Notes: a model not told the origin generated them from the letters alone. DNA of 59,479 nucleotides, filler included, from Sphacelaria rigidula (GCA_964200075.2; 3 parts of 3 records of this genome joined end to end with filler, not necessarily neighbours in it); one strand, 5' to 3'; positions 13,171 to 26,848 are shown, counted from the first letter of the whole stretch. Made by a program: numbers and translations.

Positions 13171-13669
13171 TAGACATAAGGACAGTGCCCAGCGTTGTAA
13201 ATATGCTGCAGGGTAACTCTGCCTACAGCTTGGTTTTAAGCCTATTGTGTCGCCCCCTTACGTTGCCCAGTAGAGCGTGTTTCCCATACATCCGGCACAA
13301 CACCATCACAAACTGTGCACACCTCTGCCATAGTGTCTAGTGAGACAGTGCCACACGAGCCAATGTTTCCAATAAACATCACATACTCCTGGCTCGATGA
13401 ATACGCGGCCCAGGTTTGCTCGGGGCTCGGTCCCAGGGTTAACGACGTTTGCGCGGTCCTCCCGACACGTCGGTCCTGGGATGTTCAAATCCCGATGCGG
13501 TCCAATAGGCACGCGGTCTTCCCACGCATTACCCTGCCCACTGTAGGGGTTGGTAAAAGACAAGCCCATCGTGCTTCTTTCAAAGATCAATAAAAGCATC
13601 GCCGCTGGCATCACAATGCGGAGGTGTGGGGAACCTTGCATAATGATGAGCTTACATCCGGTGCGTCCA

Positions 13670-13905
13670 TCTCCCGGACCGACGCCCATCTGGCATGTTA
13701 CGTCCATTTCGAATATATAAGTCCGATTGAGATATCCATTTGAGATGTGAATTTTCACGTGAGATATGGACGTCGATTGATTGCATATATTCAGCTGAGA
13801 TATCTCAGGTGAAAGTCCATATCCCAGATGGATATTCATCCGAGATATGATATCCCATATGAATGTTGCACGATAATGTAAGACATTGCGGGCGTGTACC
13901 GCGGA
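13670..13905. repeat. Degenerate GAGATAT/ATATC-rich repeat, probable MITE remnant
   Basis: Many scattered GATAT/ATATC words in both orientations. Confidence 0.35.
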
Positions 13906-15238
13906 GAAGCTACAACGGTACGACAAGGATCGATGAGGCACGTCTTGGGTCTTCTTGGAGGATGCCGTTGCTCTCATTATTGTTCACGGCTTTCACCGTC
14001 CCCCAACTTCCAAACTGTGTAAAAAAAGGTCCACCACAATTTCGTCAAACTGACAAGAAGAGGAATATCATACAACGCCATCGACAGGATAGCAACGTTT
14101 ATCGCTCTCGTGTGCGCTTCATCCGAAACAATACTACAGAGTGCCTCGCTGATAGCACCTGCATTTCATTCGTCAGAGACATTTAAAAGGAAATTCATTA
14201 TGTTATCACGATTTACAAGGTCATCAACACGCTGCCCACACCCCGAGTGTGAACAACACGCTGCTATCACCACAACTCGGAAGTTCTTATCTTCAGTCAA
14301 GAAGACATACATCATGCAATGCATACAAACTGATGAAGTTACAAAATCGAGAGACCTTTTTCGCTGAACGTACGCAAGTTCGCTCCCACCTGGCAGCCAC
14401 CACAATTCGGTAGTTCTCCCGCTCACAGAGATGGAGGCTTGCATACACTACACACATACTGATACAACTAAGTATACCGAACGTAACAGTCACTCAACTG
14501 GCGGAAGTCCCCTCACAACCTGCATCCGCGCCTACTTCGGAGGAACGTTATGGGCACCGTATCTGCAAGCTCGTATGCCTACGGGTCGACGTACCCTATT
14601 CAGGGCGCAGTAGCTTAGCGTCGGCGTGTATTACAAGAAACGTCCCTGTCAGATGCCACGACTACACACCCGTATCACCGCCGTTGTCAACCCGACAAAA
14701 ACACAAATTTCATCGTAGTGACTTGACACTCTGATGATCACGCAAATATTCGACAAGATCATGATCGCGGCGTATAAATTCAACTATTAACATTCCCGCA
14801 TCACAGAGGACATGGGCTCACCGCCCTTCCAAGCGTGTCTGCTATTTGGTGCACAATACCCCTCAAAGGAACTTTTATAGCTGCTATTTCATTCGGCACA
14901 TCCGACCACGAGTCCCTTCGACTCCTACACCTACACCGGACATTCGGGCGACAGGCACAGTAATTAAGCAACTGGAGGCATGTATACGACGTCGATCATT
15001 GGGCGAAGTAGTCCTCGGCCAAAAACGACAGAACCATCGGACAATAGCCCTTGTCGACGTTGCGTTTCGTAGACGGGGACTACACCTTGCTCGGAATCCG
15101 TTGCCACAACTTCACATCGATCGACTGCACAGATGACCACGCCCGATATTTACTCAAGACTCACCATCAACCTAAGCTCGACGAACAAACAAGTACGGCT
15201 GAAGATACGACAGTATGAACAAGAAACCATCACACGCT

Positions 15239-18200
15239 CTACACATCTTCGCCAGCAACAACCTTGGGGCCATGGAGAACTTCAGAGTCCTCCCTACTGG
15301 TAGTGAAACAACAGCTAATGCAGCCGCAACACTTGGTGACGAACCGACCAAGGGCGGTGAACCCCGCATCTATTGCCGGGATGTGCCCGGCCTGATAGCG
15401 TCGCCTCACAGACCCTAGCACCACCGTCTGTTCGCAGCCAGCGCTTGTCTCATGACCGTTTGCGTTGTCATCTTCGAATATCACCGTGCACATTTGTGCG
15501 TCTGCGTCAACGGCGGTCACCTGGGCAGTCAATGACGTGAGGGGAAATATGAGGGAGGAGGACGCATCACCTAGAGTGAATAAATATATGGCACGGCATG
15601 GGAGGTACGGTCACTCAATGTGGGAGCAACATTCCGAACCCCCTTCGACGACTACAAACTCTACGAAAGCATATCAAAAGGGTACGCCGGGGGGGGGAGA
15701 ATGGGGAACGTTTGATTATCATACAGGGCAACGTAACCTACCAACGTTGACCTGCGCAGTTACCTGTCTACCATACAGCAACAACAGTTACCTTAGCAGC
15801 AAATCGGGAGCAGGGTGGAGAGTCGATGCTCGTGCCCGAGCTAGGTTGGCAAAATCATCGATAATACCAAATATGGCTTGTTCACTCGTAGTTATTCGTA
15901 ACATAGAGATCCACAACGCAGGTGAATACGATAGTACGCGGAGACCTAAATACTACAACGACTGATCGTGAAGCACCTTTCCCGCACGCAGATGCGTATT
16001 CTCATCCTCCACGTGTAGTGCACCGTCGCCCGAAGCTTCGCTTACGAGAACCTGGCTCCCCTTCTTGATGTTCTGTCCCCATACTGGCTCCTCCGGCCCG
16101 AACATGTCGAGAAGCTGGTAGATTAGTCCCAACAGTGGGCATCAGAAGCGGGGATACAAACATGCAGGAATAGACGGGAGGTGGGGAGTAAGGTTGACAG
16201 GCTGACCCGGTGAGTACATTGTTGCAGGACGGTGCGTACGACGACAAGTTCTGTCGCGACAAACGATTCTAGCCTGAAATCGGCTCTTCGATGAAACACA
16301 CCGACCTGACTTAACAGCAAACCTGGAAATGTCGGGCAAAACACGGGATACATGGTTCCCCTGCGTACTAGCCTAGCACCGATGAGATCACGTAGTGATT
16401 AGCTAGCTCACCGTGGCGAATAGAAAGAGGGAGAAGACGAGACTCTGCGCAATGATGAAGAAGATCACCGTACCGAACTTGAGGAAGAACACGAACACTG
16501 CGAAGAGAAGCGGGAACGCCGCCCCAATGGTCGAGATGGCTCTGCATTTTGTACGAGAAACAGACACACGACAGGAACCATTGAATGTATTCCTTTCCGG
16601 GGAGCAACTTTGACGTTTAGGCACAACGGAAACTGTACGCTGTAAACGAAACGCGCAGACACGCGAACAGCTCTTCTTTTCTGCGGAATGGCGTGGGAAT
16701 ATCGTGACCAGATCTAGGAACTGAGGTAAGTGCAGCATTGTGTAAACCGACAGTATCCACTCCCTCCTATTCCGATACTAGTGTTCTACCGCAAAGTGTC
16801 CCATAGTCGCTCGTTTGTGTGTTTGCATCCTGTCATGGTAACCCGTCAGTCAGTCCCCTGATTTCTCATGAGCAGCATGAGCGAGAGACGGGCACAGAAA
16901 CGGCTCACTCTCATTTCATCTACGAGCATACCGGAAGGGGCCCGTACACAAGTGGCAGATGAACAAAACAATAGCAAAACAAAGTACACAATACAAGCGG
17001 AAGGGAATGCACAGTACACGACGTACGCACCCAGACAACACGGACGGCCCCATCGTGATGAGCATGTCCCGCGTGCGATCTCCTCTCGTCTTCTTGGTAG
17101 ATTCCAGGTAGGAATCAGACAGGTGCAGCGTGTAGTCGACGCTGAACCCGACCACCATGACGAAAAGCACAGCCTCAAGAATGCCCAAGTCCCATCCGTT
17201 GGCAACGGTGAACATGACCACACCGCCGACCTAATTGGTCGGTGAGGCAACCAAAAAGAGTGGAAATAGCGCACCGTGTACCAGTTTCTAGAGGTGATGC
17301 ATCGAGAAAATATTATATGGGGCATGTGCTGACATGGATACGATGAGCTGATAGTAGTCGTGTGAGAGTCGACAATAATGGTACAGGGCCTGTCGAAATT
17401 GATGTTTTGCTGGAGAGGACCGATAATATCCAAGTGACTGGCAAGGTTCGGTAGATAGATGACTCACTACAAGTATTAAGCACATGCTGATTACAGATGT
17501 GTGCAAGCATGACGTTCGGAGAAGTTATCATTGCACGGAGTGGGAGAGCGAGTTCGGTAAATTCCGTGTACCAAGCCTAGCCACGGCGAAACCATCTTCG
17601 AAATAACGTAGCCGGAATAATGCCCCCGACCTCGAACAAATGGCAGCATTCACACTGCTGGGATTTCACAACACAACCACTTACGCTTGTACGGTGATAG
17701 GTGGTAGTACAGATGGCTCACCAGCGCGGCGATGACGAAAATGGCGAGCGTGGAAATGATCCAGTTCGATGTCGCCAGGCAAACGATCACGAGCGCGCCG
17801 AGGAGCGAGAGACCGATACCCGTGAAAGCCTCCTGGATGATCGCTCTCTGCAGGTGAAACCACTGGAAACCCCCATTGTCCGTCACGAAGGCGTCTCCCA
17901 CTGTGGCGTCTGCACCCTCGTACTCGGATGTGCTGGCCTTTGCTACCCAAGTCTCCACGAATGAATCCCAGTCGCTGTAGAGGGTGATGCCTGTGGATAT
18001 TGAAGGGTTGTGTTGAGTAGGTTCGTTGTGTGGTCGACGGGAGATAGATACGATCTCTTTTGTGGGAAGTGGATGAGCTGAATGACACATCGATCGGAGA
18101 AATAATGGACGACACCCAGGATTGCTCAATTATTTGCGCAACAACACGAGTGATAGCATGAGTGGATCAGGACATCCAGGCTGAAACGGGGGTGGAGAAC

Positions 18201-19422
18201 CAAGCCGATGTTACTGTCGTCGGGTGTACTCCGTAGCATAAAATACGTGCAGATAAAGCATGAGATGAAACACGCACGTCTGGAAGAGATTGGTATGACT
18301 TCTCCCGAGTGAGCCGCAAACACAGGCCAAGGCGAAGGTAGCGAGGTGCTTACCGTCGCCAAATTCAAGCCCGAACCCTTCACTAAGCAGCACCTCCACA
18401 GTAATGTAGCGCAGCGTTGGATCGACGTCGGAGTCAGTGCTAGTCCGCTCAAACTGGTGGTGATAAGTTCAGTACGAAAAAAGGATAGCACAAGCACGAG
18501 ACACGTAAATGAGATGAACAAAGGTTCAAGAACACGGTCAAGGTGCGCGAATGCCAAGACTCGACATGCTGCGTCGTGCACATCGTTGTTCGAAGGTACT
18601 GTGTCGTCCGACGAGGGGATGCCTGTATCAGATAAAATGCTTTCGTGTGCTGTGATTGTCGGGGAAGCGAGTACTACCCGATTTGTACCGGCTTTGTTTA
18701 CCACCAGTACTCTGAAGGCACCATGAGGAAACATCGAACGACGACAACTGCGAGGTTGAGAGCACTTGCGCAAGATGCGTGAGGCAAATGGGCTGCTCGA
18801 GGCAACGCCGCACGCACACACAGGGATACGTGCTCGCTCACCCTGACAGTTTCCTCCCAGATGTCGAGGTTGGTCTGCCGCCCCTCCAAAACGGTGTCTG
18901 AGGCCACAGGGACCTCGTCGCGCAGGAAAGTCAGAAATGTTTCATGGAACAGGTCAGCATCGATTACGTACTCCTCTGTGCTGAGGGTCGGGTGTGTCTG
19001 CTCGCAAACGCCATCTTGCTGCTGACACCTGGTGTTTCACCGCCAGCAAGGCAGAACACGTGCGGGCGTAAAACCGCGAAACAGGTCAGCTTTACATCGG
19101 GAAAGTATTCTGCGCGAGTGAACGGTGATGCTTGCATCGGGCAAAGAAATCAGTTGTACATAGAATGCTGGGGACATGTCCAATGACGACCGTCGGTGGC
19201 GTGGGGTAGTCTCATATGGTGGGAACAGACACCACGATCTACCTGATGGCTTAGGCAGCTCAATCTGGACATTGGGAACCGTACCATGTTCGGAAGCCCT
19301 CAATCGGGCATTTCACTGGTGTCGCCACGACTTCGTCGGCCTCATACACGCGGCGGGCGTTGAACGCGTCTTCCGCCGTCTCGATTGCGTCGCAGAAGTC
19401 GAGGAACCACTTTTGTGTGTAT
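15239..19422 (-). CDS. Dispatched/Patched-like RND-superfamily membrane protein, 3' part (5' end beyond segment end)
   Basis: Phase-consistent GT-AG exons: 19422-19285, 19028-18842, 18453-18354, 17990-17722, 17230-17031, 16541-16412, 16114-16046, 15520-15239 (TAG). Motifs QKWFLDFC, CPIEGFRTW, GWDLGILEA, VGFSVDYTLHL (GxxxD), MGPSVLSGAIST, FFLKFG, LLDMFGP match the second TM half of Dispatched-like proteins. The last junction is less certain. Confidence 0.88.
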
Positions 19423-19772
19423 CTGTAAACAAACAGCGACAGTGCACAAGCGCGAGGGACGCGGAAGGGGGGAGCGGGGTCGGAAAGGTGAGGTCTTGGG
19501 GAGAGTGAAAAACTAAAGACGAGCCGAAATGTGTCTCGTTGTCCTAAGCAAAAAACGCACTTTGGTGAGTTGTATTCACATCAACCGCTTTGAGCCGGCA
19601 GAACGATGCCGACAGCCTCGTCGTTAGTGTTTACAACAGCTAGCTATATAGTGGTTGTTCTCGTACTCATACGTTCTGGTGTCCAGGATGGAAACCACAT
19701 CTAACAACAAATTGTGCGAATTGAGGTTTAACTTCGAGATGAGGCTCAAGCCTAAAACAGTGCTTTCCCCAC

Positions 19773-19872
19773 NNNNNNNNNNNNNNNNNNNNNNNNNNNN
19801 NNNNNNNNNNNNNNNNTTAATTAATTAANNNNNNNNNNNNNNNNNNNNNNNNNNNNNNNNNNNNNNNNNNNN
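19773..19872. other. Artificial contig spacer N44-TTAATTAATTAA-N44
   Basis: Exactly 100 nt, with a six-frame-stop linker in the middle. Confidence 0.98.
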
Positions 19873-20221
19873 AGCAACAAATGGCCCAAAATACCCCCCC
19901 CCCCTATCGTAGGATGGTTCATCAAAGAGCGAGAACCTAGGCCTGTACAATCGTGGTGCCCTCGACGACCGGTTAGCTTCTACCTCGGTCAAAATTGGCT
20001 GTGCAAAATATAAATAATATATACATATGTTCCGAAATTTGGTTCGAGTACTCAAATCTTTCGACTTTTTCCAAAGACTGGAATCAAGCAGTAAGTGGAA
20101 TGAGTGTTGGTAACCGAAGGCCTGAAAAAATCGTTTTCAATCGAAAAATAAATGTTCAAATGTTGACTAATATAGTAGTACATATACAATTATTGCCGCC
20201 CGTAGCGTCAGTGTAGCGCTC

Positions 20222-23200
20222 CTACCCCTGACTACCATCGCCGTCCGTGGCGTCCACGGGGTTGGGCACCTCGTCGGCCTTCCGTGCAGAATCGCACATT
20301 CCTCGAAAATCTTCCAAGCTCACGCGCCCATCACCATCGCCGTCTGCCGCTTCTATGAGTACAGACAAGTCTTCGTCCGATATTTGTCCAAAGCCGAGGT
20401 TGCTGAAAATACTGCGGAGGACTTCAGCGTCCATGAAACCCGTGCCTGAAGGGTCGTACACCTGTGTACAATACATATATGCGCTATCAGGATGCACCCG
20501 TGTTCAGCGGCCCACATCATTTCACCCGTGATTTGCAAGTTGAAGGGTATGTGGTCGATACCGACAAGTTAGCCACCCCGTTGCTCTCCTCTTATACCTG
20601 ATGCTCTCGAATAACAAGACTCACTGGTGGCCACTCGCACATGCCGCGGGACGTTTGTTACGTACAACCAATCGTCGTCGAGTCGCACGACCGCGCATTA
20701 CCCCCGTAGCAACGTGCCTGCAACCCACAATATTACCAATTTCCCAGAGGTTCAAGCCACACTAAAGAGACGTTGGGCGACGTTACCTTGTACCCGACAT
20801 TCGGATGTATTTGCCGTTTCGATATTGTACTTTAGTGAGATTTTTTTGTGTGCTTATGCGTTGAGAGAGCCAGGGCTGCGGTGTTTCGACGTCCAAAAGT
20901 AATAGCATACCGCGAAAAGCCAACACCTGCCTACCTCGTGCAGTATTACAATTCCGAGTACAAGATAGTATCATCCTACCGGGTTTTTCACGTTTGTTTG
21001 GGTTTCCACCCACGAAGTCCTTTCTGCCAGAAGCTTGTGGTGGAGAGCTTCGTATACCCAGTGGGTTTCGTGCGATCACAGCCACATTCATGTTGGGATT
21101 GCGTGATTAGTGTGATCTGTAGCAACCAGTGTATGTGGCAGTTGTTGCGTGCATGGTTTCATCTGTGTATCGTTCCACATTTTCTCTATTTTGCTAATTG
21201 TTTCGGCCACTTCTTTCGGCAACGGAAACTATTCCGTCTCAAAAGCGCCCATTTTCGCCGTTCGGTAACAACATTTTCAGGTGAAGAGACAGACGATCGA
21301 GAGGACTGTGCTACCTCGATTTTTATCGATCGTTTTTCGATTCTTGGAGTGCTTGTGCACGATTTCCTTTTCGACCCGAAGCGAAATTACGTGCACCATA
21401 ACTCGCCAGAAAAGTGTTGAAAACCTTTTTGACAGAGCCAGGAATGTCTCACGGGATGGTATTATTGTCCACCCGACCGTCTCAATTTTTTTGTGCGGAA
21501 AGCGCTGCGAAGTGTCAATAAAAGCACTCAGAATACAACACCGTCCCGATTCCCACAATAGCAACTGGCTTTGAGTGTGGAATGTTTGGTGACCCAAAAG
21601 TACCCCGCGTAGCCCCAGCACCAGGCTCCTGATTTTCACTTTGTGTAGCCCGATAACGTTGTGCTCTTTCCCATTACAAGAAAGCTAGGGTTAGGAGGTG
21701 CGGGAGTCCGGATGAGCCAGGGCCTGGCCAACCTAGCCACGTGCGCTCTTATGCACACGTGTGAAATCAAAAATTTCAAACCCGACTCCCCGCAAGAACC
21801 GGGTTCGTAAAAAAACGACAGCCAGATGTCATATACGAAAAAGAAAAAATTGACGCTAGAAATGGGCAGGATCTTTGTCGAAACTTTGTCATAAGATGAG
21901 AGCAAACATACAGAACAATGAAAAGAAAAATTCAGGTGGCCGCCAGATGAAAAAAAGGCTATACCTGTATTGCTGCTGATTGAGGCACGTGAGGAACGGG
22001 TGAGCGGTACGGTGGTACAGCATAGTCCACAAAACGTTTCGTCAAGAAAGAAGCGGACGGATGCATTTGGCAGATGTCAAATTAATAGAAATTGAGGATC
22101 AGCCCATTTTCCGTTTCTCTTGAGCGGATCGAGTTGGTACTCGCTTCTGTTGAGCCATAGTCCCCCCCCCCCCCCTCACGGAACATGTGGCGAGAATCCG
22201 GTGTGCTCCGTCCCGGCTTCGTTGGGGTGGACCCCCAATAGGGTTGGTGTCGGTTGGCGATGACGTTGTAAAACACGCCACTCACTCCGTAAGCTATGCA
22301 ACTAGGTTGCCGATTTTGTTTCACGCGCTTGCGTTTTTTTTCCGGTAACCATGATGGTAGTCGAGCCAGATCATGTTATGCGGCATGGGAGAACCTCAAC
22401 TCCGCACAGGGGGGATGGTCGTACTACGTAGTGCTTTAATGGTGACACATCCATAAGGCAGTGTGTAAGCCGTGGTTGTCTCTGGAAGTGGCGATACCAG
22501 AAAATAAAGCAAATCATTGTCGACTGTCATCCATATGCAAGATAATCAGTAGGCTTCGGGCCGAACAATCTCAGCAGCATACAGCTTATGCTTCATGCGA
22601 CTCGCCGAACACACTACAGAGCTTCGCGCTTGGTGATGGATTGCGAGCCTGGTCCGGCGAAAACCCGGCGTTCTTCGTCCCCGCTTTGTAGGGATGCGAA
22701 GTCAATGGTCTTATGACTATAGCGTGCATGGTCATGAGTACACTTCCCCCTCTTCACGGAACATAACGGGCAGCTTACTGTGTCCTTATCCACGTCCGAA
22801 AAATTGATCCAGCCCTGAAACAAACCCACTGATTGATTATCATCCGCCGAGCTTTGTAAAACAATAACTAAAATCGGATAATTTACGCGAAATACTGCTG
22901 TAAAAGAAAGATCCAAAGCGGTGATCAGCGTAGATATCCCGCCTTCATGTGCACGCGATTCGCGCGATACAATGTACCGCCGCGTGGACTTGATAAACTC
23001 ACCTTGAATGCTTCAGCCACTGGATCGAAGTTTGTCACTTCGTTTTCGAGCAACACCTCCTTAAGATCTTCCAGCGTCATCTCCGCCTTATTGTTCAAGA
23101 GAATTCGTGCTTCCTGCGAAGGGGTGGGGACACAAGTGGCAGGGGCCCACCTTATTTTGTTGGGTTAACAAGGTTCCGGCCCATCTGGACTGTATGTCAA

Positions 23201-26200
23201 GATACTAGTTTTTTCAGCTTATGATGTCAACGCTTCACAACATGGTATGTCACGTGAGGTCTGGAACAACTGCACAGCTTCTTCTCTAGAGAACTTGAGT
23301 GGAATATCGGAGACAGACCATGTTGTGCACTAGAAGATGCGGTGGAGGCAGTATTGTAGATTGTGTCACAGGACTGTCTGAGTTGTTCGAAACCGTTACG
23401 CACCTTCATCACTCTGTTCTAGATTCTGAACTCTGCATGCATGGCTTATCATTCTCAAGCTTACCTAGCCCGCAAGCGTCAGCTTTCAACGCAATTTTCG
23501 GTCTTTTTCCCGGCACAGCAACACTTTTCTGCACAATATTCCACTACCTAGCCGATAGAATGATATTCGAAAAAGGGAGGATAACTTATGATACTGCACT
23601 ACTAGACGGGCCTCAACTCTTTGCGGTGTGTTTCCTGGTTACTCCGATATATACGGATATTACCCATGCTACCTCAATTGTTCAGCTGTGTAGCTCAATG
23701 TGCGTGGATCGGCGCATGCAGCGCTTTGAAATCATCCACTACCAACCACTCCAGACCGTGCTTTGACCTAACTACCTTCCACAGCTCATAAGCGTATCAG
23801 CGAAGATTGCGGAAACGCGTCTTCTAGGCGTCTGATCTTCGTCTCCAGTCCTTTTGCAACACCTCTGGTAACACCCCTGCTGTGCACAAGCGTGTAGCGC
23901 CACCAATCCGTAGAGAGTGCAGAGCAAACTCTACAGGCAGAAATCCAACCAACACCATCACTTGCTGCTATGCAGCCACGGCATCGTACCACTTCCACAT
24001 CAATAAACTATCGTTCCGCATTCCGCAAGTCACAAGTGGGACATGAATCGAGAGCGAGGCAGTACCTAACCAATATCAACTTGATCGCCAACACCACCGC
24101 CCAACCTCCTTGACAAGATCTGAGCACCCGTAAATACGGGCAAGTGTGCACCAGACACCAGGATGATCGAGCGACCGCGTGCAGATCACAAATTAGCCCT
24201 ATATTCAAAATACGATAGACCAGGTAGGCACCGGTGCTTCAAGCACGCCGCGCCCAGCACACCTCACTCACCAGTGCCACCGTCTATGATGGAAATGGGG
24301 TACTACTCATCCCGAGATCCAAGAGCACCGTGATCGTGTCAGGCAGCTGCTTGCGCTCTTTGTGCAGTATGACCGTTCAACAAGCGTTTCATATACCTTG
24401 GGGAAGCTCGGCTGCAGGTACCGGAATACATCGCTCAGCACAACCACGATGCTACTGACTAGCGATATCGTTGGCGTAGCACTTGCATGATGAGTACTGG
24501 CTCTCCTAGGTGGTGGCAGACATATGCGGGACACAGTGCCTTCGATGCACCCGAGACCGCCTTCAAAACATTCCACTAACCACGCACACATTTGGACACG
24601 GACAAACATGCACGATGTATATACATATGCAGACGCAACCTCCCATCAAGGAGCCGAAACGTCAGATTTTTTCCCGTGAAGTCCCCAGGAATTAGAATGG
24701 CAATGGACAGATGAGTCCGCCTGTTGCGCTGTGAATCCATGTATATCTCATGGCGGGTCGCGGCTGCACAAGTGACTTGTTCAGGAAGCGAACAGCTTAC
24801 CCATTGAACCAGTTAGCGCTCAGGTACAATGGGTAAACTGTTCGCTTCCTGAACACAAGGTATGCTGTGTGATCCGTCCCAGAATGACACATCAGTGATC
24901 TCCGGGGCCCTTTTGCCCCTCGCAAAACCTCACTTTTCACATATCAAACTCATTCCTTCCACAACCGATCATGCCGGGGCTCGAGCTGCATACATTTTAT
25001 TCGAGAAGCAAACACTTTACCCATTGAACCAGTAAGCGCTCACTGGTGGGTAAACTGTTCGCTTCGTGAACACAGCGCACAGGCTCGCACTTGACAAACA
25101 CCATGTCACTGAACCGCGGGATTGTAAGGTATGCTCCCGCAAGGATAGACAGAAGGCATGCCGCAGCTCGGCATTGGTGGGTGATCAGTGTGCCGTAGAT
25201 TGAAGCGTTATCCGTAAACTTGCATGGGCTTTCGATCCGCATTGCAGTTTGCTACCCATCGGCGAAGAGACATGCGAATAATGACAACATTGGGGCCTCG
25301 AGTTGTATCAAATTTGCATATTTTGCTGAAAAGCCGACCCTGGATTAACCCTTAGACTGCGAGGGTAATCTATCTGGATCGTGGATACCTTTTCCAACTG
25401 TAATTGATGCTGATTCAACGGACGACCTATGTCGCCGTCTAAGGGTGAAGCATGAAAAGCCAATAATCAGTTTCACCAGCAGCCACCTTTTTCGTTTTGA
25501 ATGGTGCAAAATATATTTCATACTTGAATTTTCAGTATCACGTTGAAAATCAGGCCTGCGCGCTTTCTTAACTTGCGCGTCTAGTACACAGTGCGTGTCG
25601 GAGCGTGCGAACCCCGCTGCACCTTCCTCCACCAACGCGAGAGCCTTGAGATGCTTCGTGGTCGTGACACAGGAATGCTGTGCAAACAAAACAAGCACCC
25701 GAAGCGTGCGTTGTGTATGCGATCTGCGGAGCTTGCCCGCTGTCTCGGAATTTTCGAAACGTGCGTAATGTTCCACGCAGCAGTACTGTTAGGTGGCTAC
25801 TACTGGGGCCTGAGGCCACCTGGTGGCCTGGACACTTGGGCAATCGTTGCTCCAACAGCTGTAGAATCGGCGGCCTTCAAGATCTACCAAACTCAGCTGG
25901 CGGGTATGACGTGTCTCAGTCTCACCCTGGCACTCATGTTTCGATGGAAAGCCCCCAGTCGCTTCCGTTAGGTCGAGGCGTTGATCGCCCCCTTCCCTTC
26001 TACATCAAAGAACTCGAAGGCCGCTTTGATCTCCTCTTCACGAACCAAGACTCCCCCTTTCGCGTTTTGCGGTACCTGCATTCCACAATAGAGGTCGATC
26101 TCAGCGTCAGAAAATCAAATTTTGCATGCATAAGGCGTGCTTCGGTTACTGTCGTCCACCCAGACCACATTCTCTGACTGTATCACACAACTGACCTTCG

Positions 26201-26695
26201 AAGTGGGTATGCTATTTGCCTGCGAAGTGGTTTCCTTCATGTTGAACCATCCGACTTCTGCGACGTTGATAGATGGGCCCCAGGGGTGTGCACAAGATGA
26301 CAAGATTGGTTGGATACCCGGGCGTGGTCATGATTATTATGCCGGTTTCGCACGTTGTATCTTTCCGCGTTTCAGATTTTCAGTTTGCCATTTTTTACGG
26401 ACAGTCGGTCCTGCCCCCGGTACCCCAGTGTCAATCACCAAGCTATCTTCATGGTCCACATATCATATTTGTGCTCTCCAGCTGCTATGATGCTCAGTTA
26501 CTGTAATCAATGCCAGTGCGCGGTGCACTTCTTCGCGCACGGTACGGAAGATAACACAGACAAGAGTATGAAGACCAGAAATTCCACCGACGACAGCAAC
26601 TGGCAAACTGCAACAATCGGCGCACCGACTCTCTACAATACTGAACCCTCTCGGGCGTCTTGTAACGGATTGGCGTCGGTTTTCGTTGCCCCCAT
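20222..26695 (-). CDS. Calmodulin/centrin-like EF-hand protein (~184 aa) carrying an in-frame TAA; possible pseudogene
   Basis: Exons 26695-26642 (tentative first exon MGATKTDANPLQDAREGS), 26075-25926 (EEEIKAAFEFFDVEGKGAINAST*RKRLG), 23113-23003 (NFDPVAEAFK), 20461-20222 (VYDPSGTGFMDAEVL...ADGDGDGRVSLEDF, TAG). All junctions are phase 0, GT-AG. Confidence 0.88.
24778..24855 (-). ncRNA. Candidate intronic hairpin RNA (pre-miRNA-like) or mini-MITE
   Basis: 29-bp inverted repeat, fully paired with one G-U on the - strand, with a 20-nt loop. A diverged second copy lies at 25000-25070. Confidence 0.3.
25349..25445. mobile_element. piggyBac-like mini-MITE (97 bp)
   Basis: TTAA|CCCTTAGACTGCGA ... 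TCGCCGTCTAAGGG|TGAA: 14-bp TIR with one mismatch and a TTAA-like TSD. Confidence 0.65.
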
Positions 26696-26847
26696 GTTGC
26701 CAATAACTCGAGATACTCTAATGTGCACCACTTGAAGGCCCAGCGAAGTAAGGCCTCGGGCTGACGTTCATGCGCCTGACCTGAACCTTTCAAGGTCTAC
26801 CTACATCCTACATGCAGTTGTAATGCAGTAGGACGATGTAAATATAT

Positions 26848-26848
<1 letters not shown>

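Noticed and set aside
19817-19828. TTAATTAATTAA as a biological motif or piggyBac site
   Set aside because: It is centred in N runs and repeated identically, so it is an assembly linker.
25968-25970. TAA codon reassignment (alternative genetic code)
   Set aside because: It is a single case at a position expected to be Leu rather than Gln. TAA serves as the apparent true stop of the CYFIP model, and no other host exon has in-frame stops.
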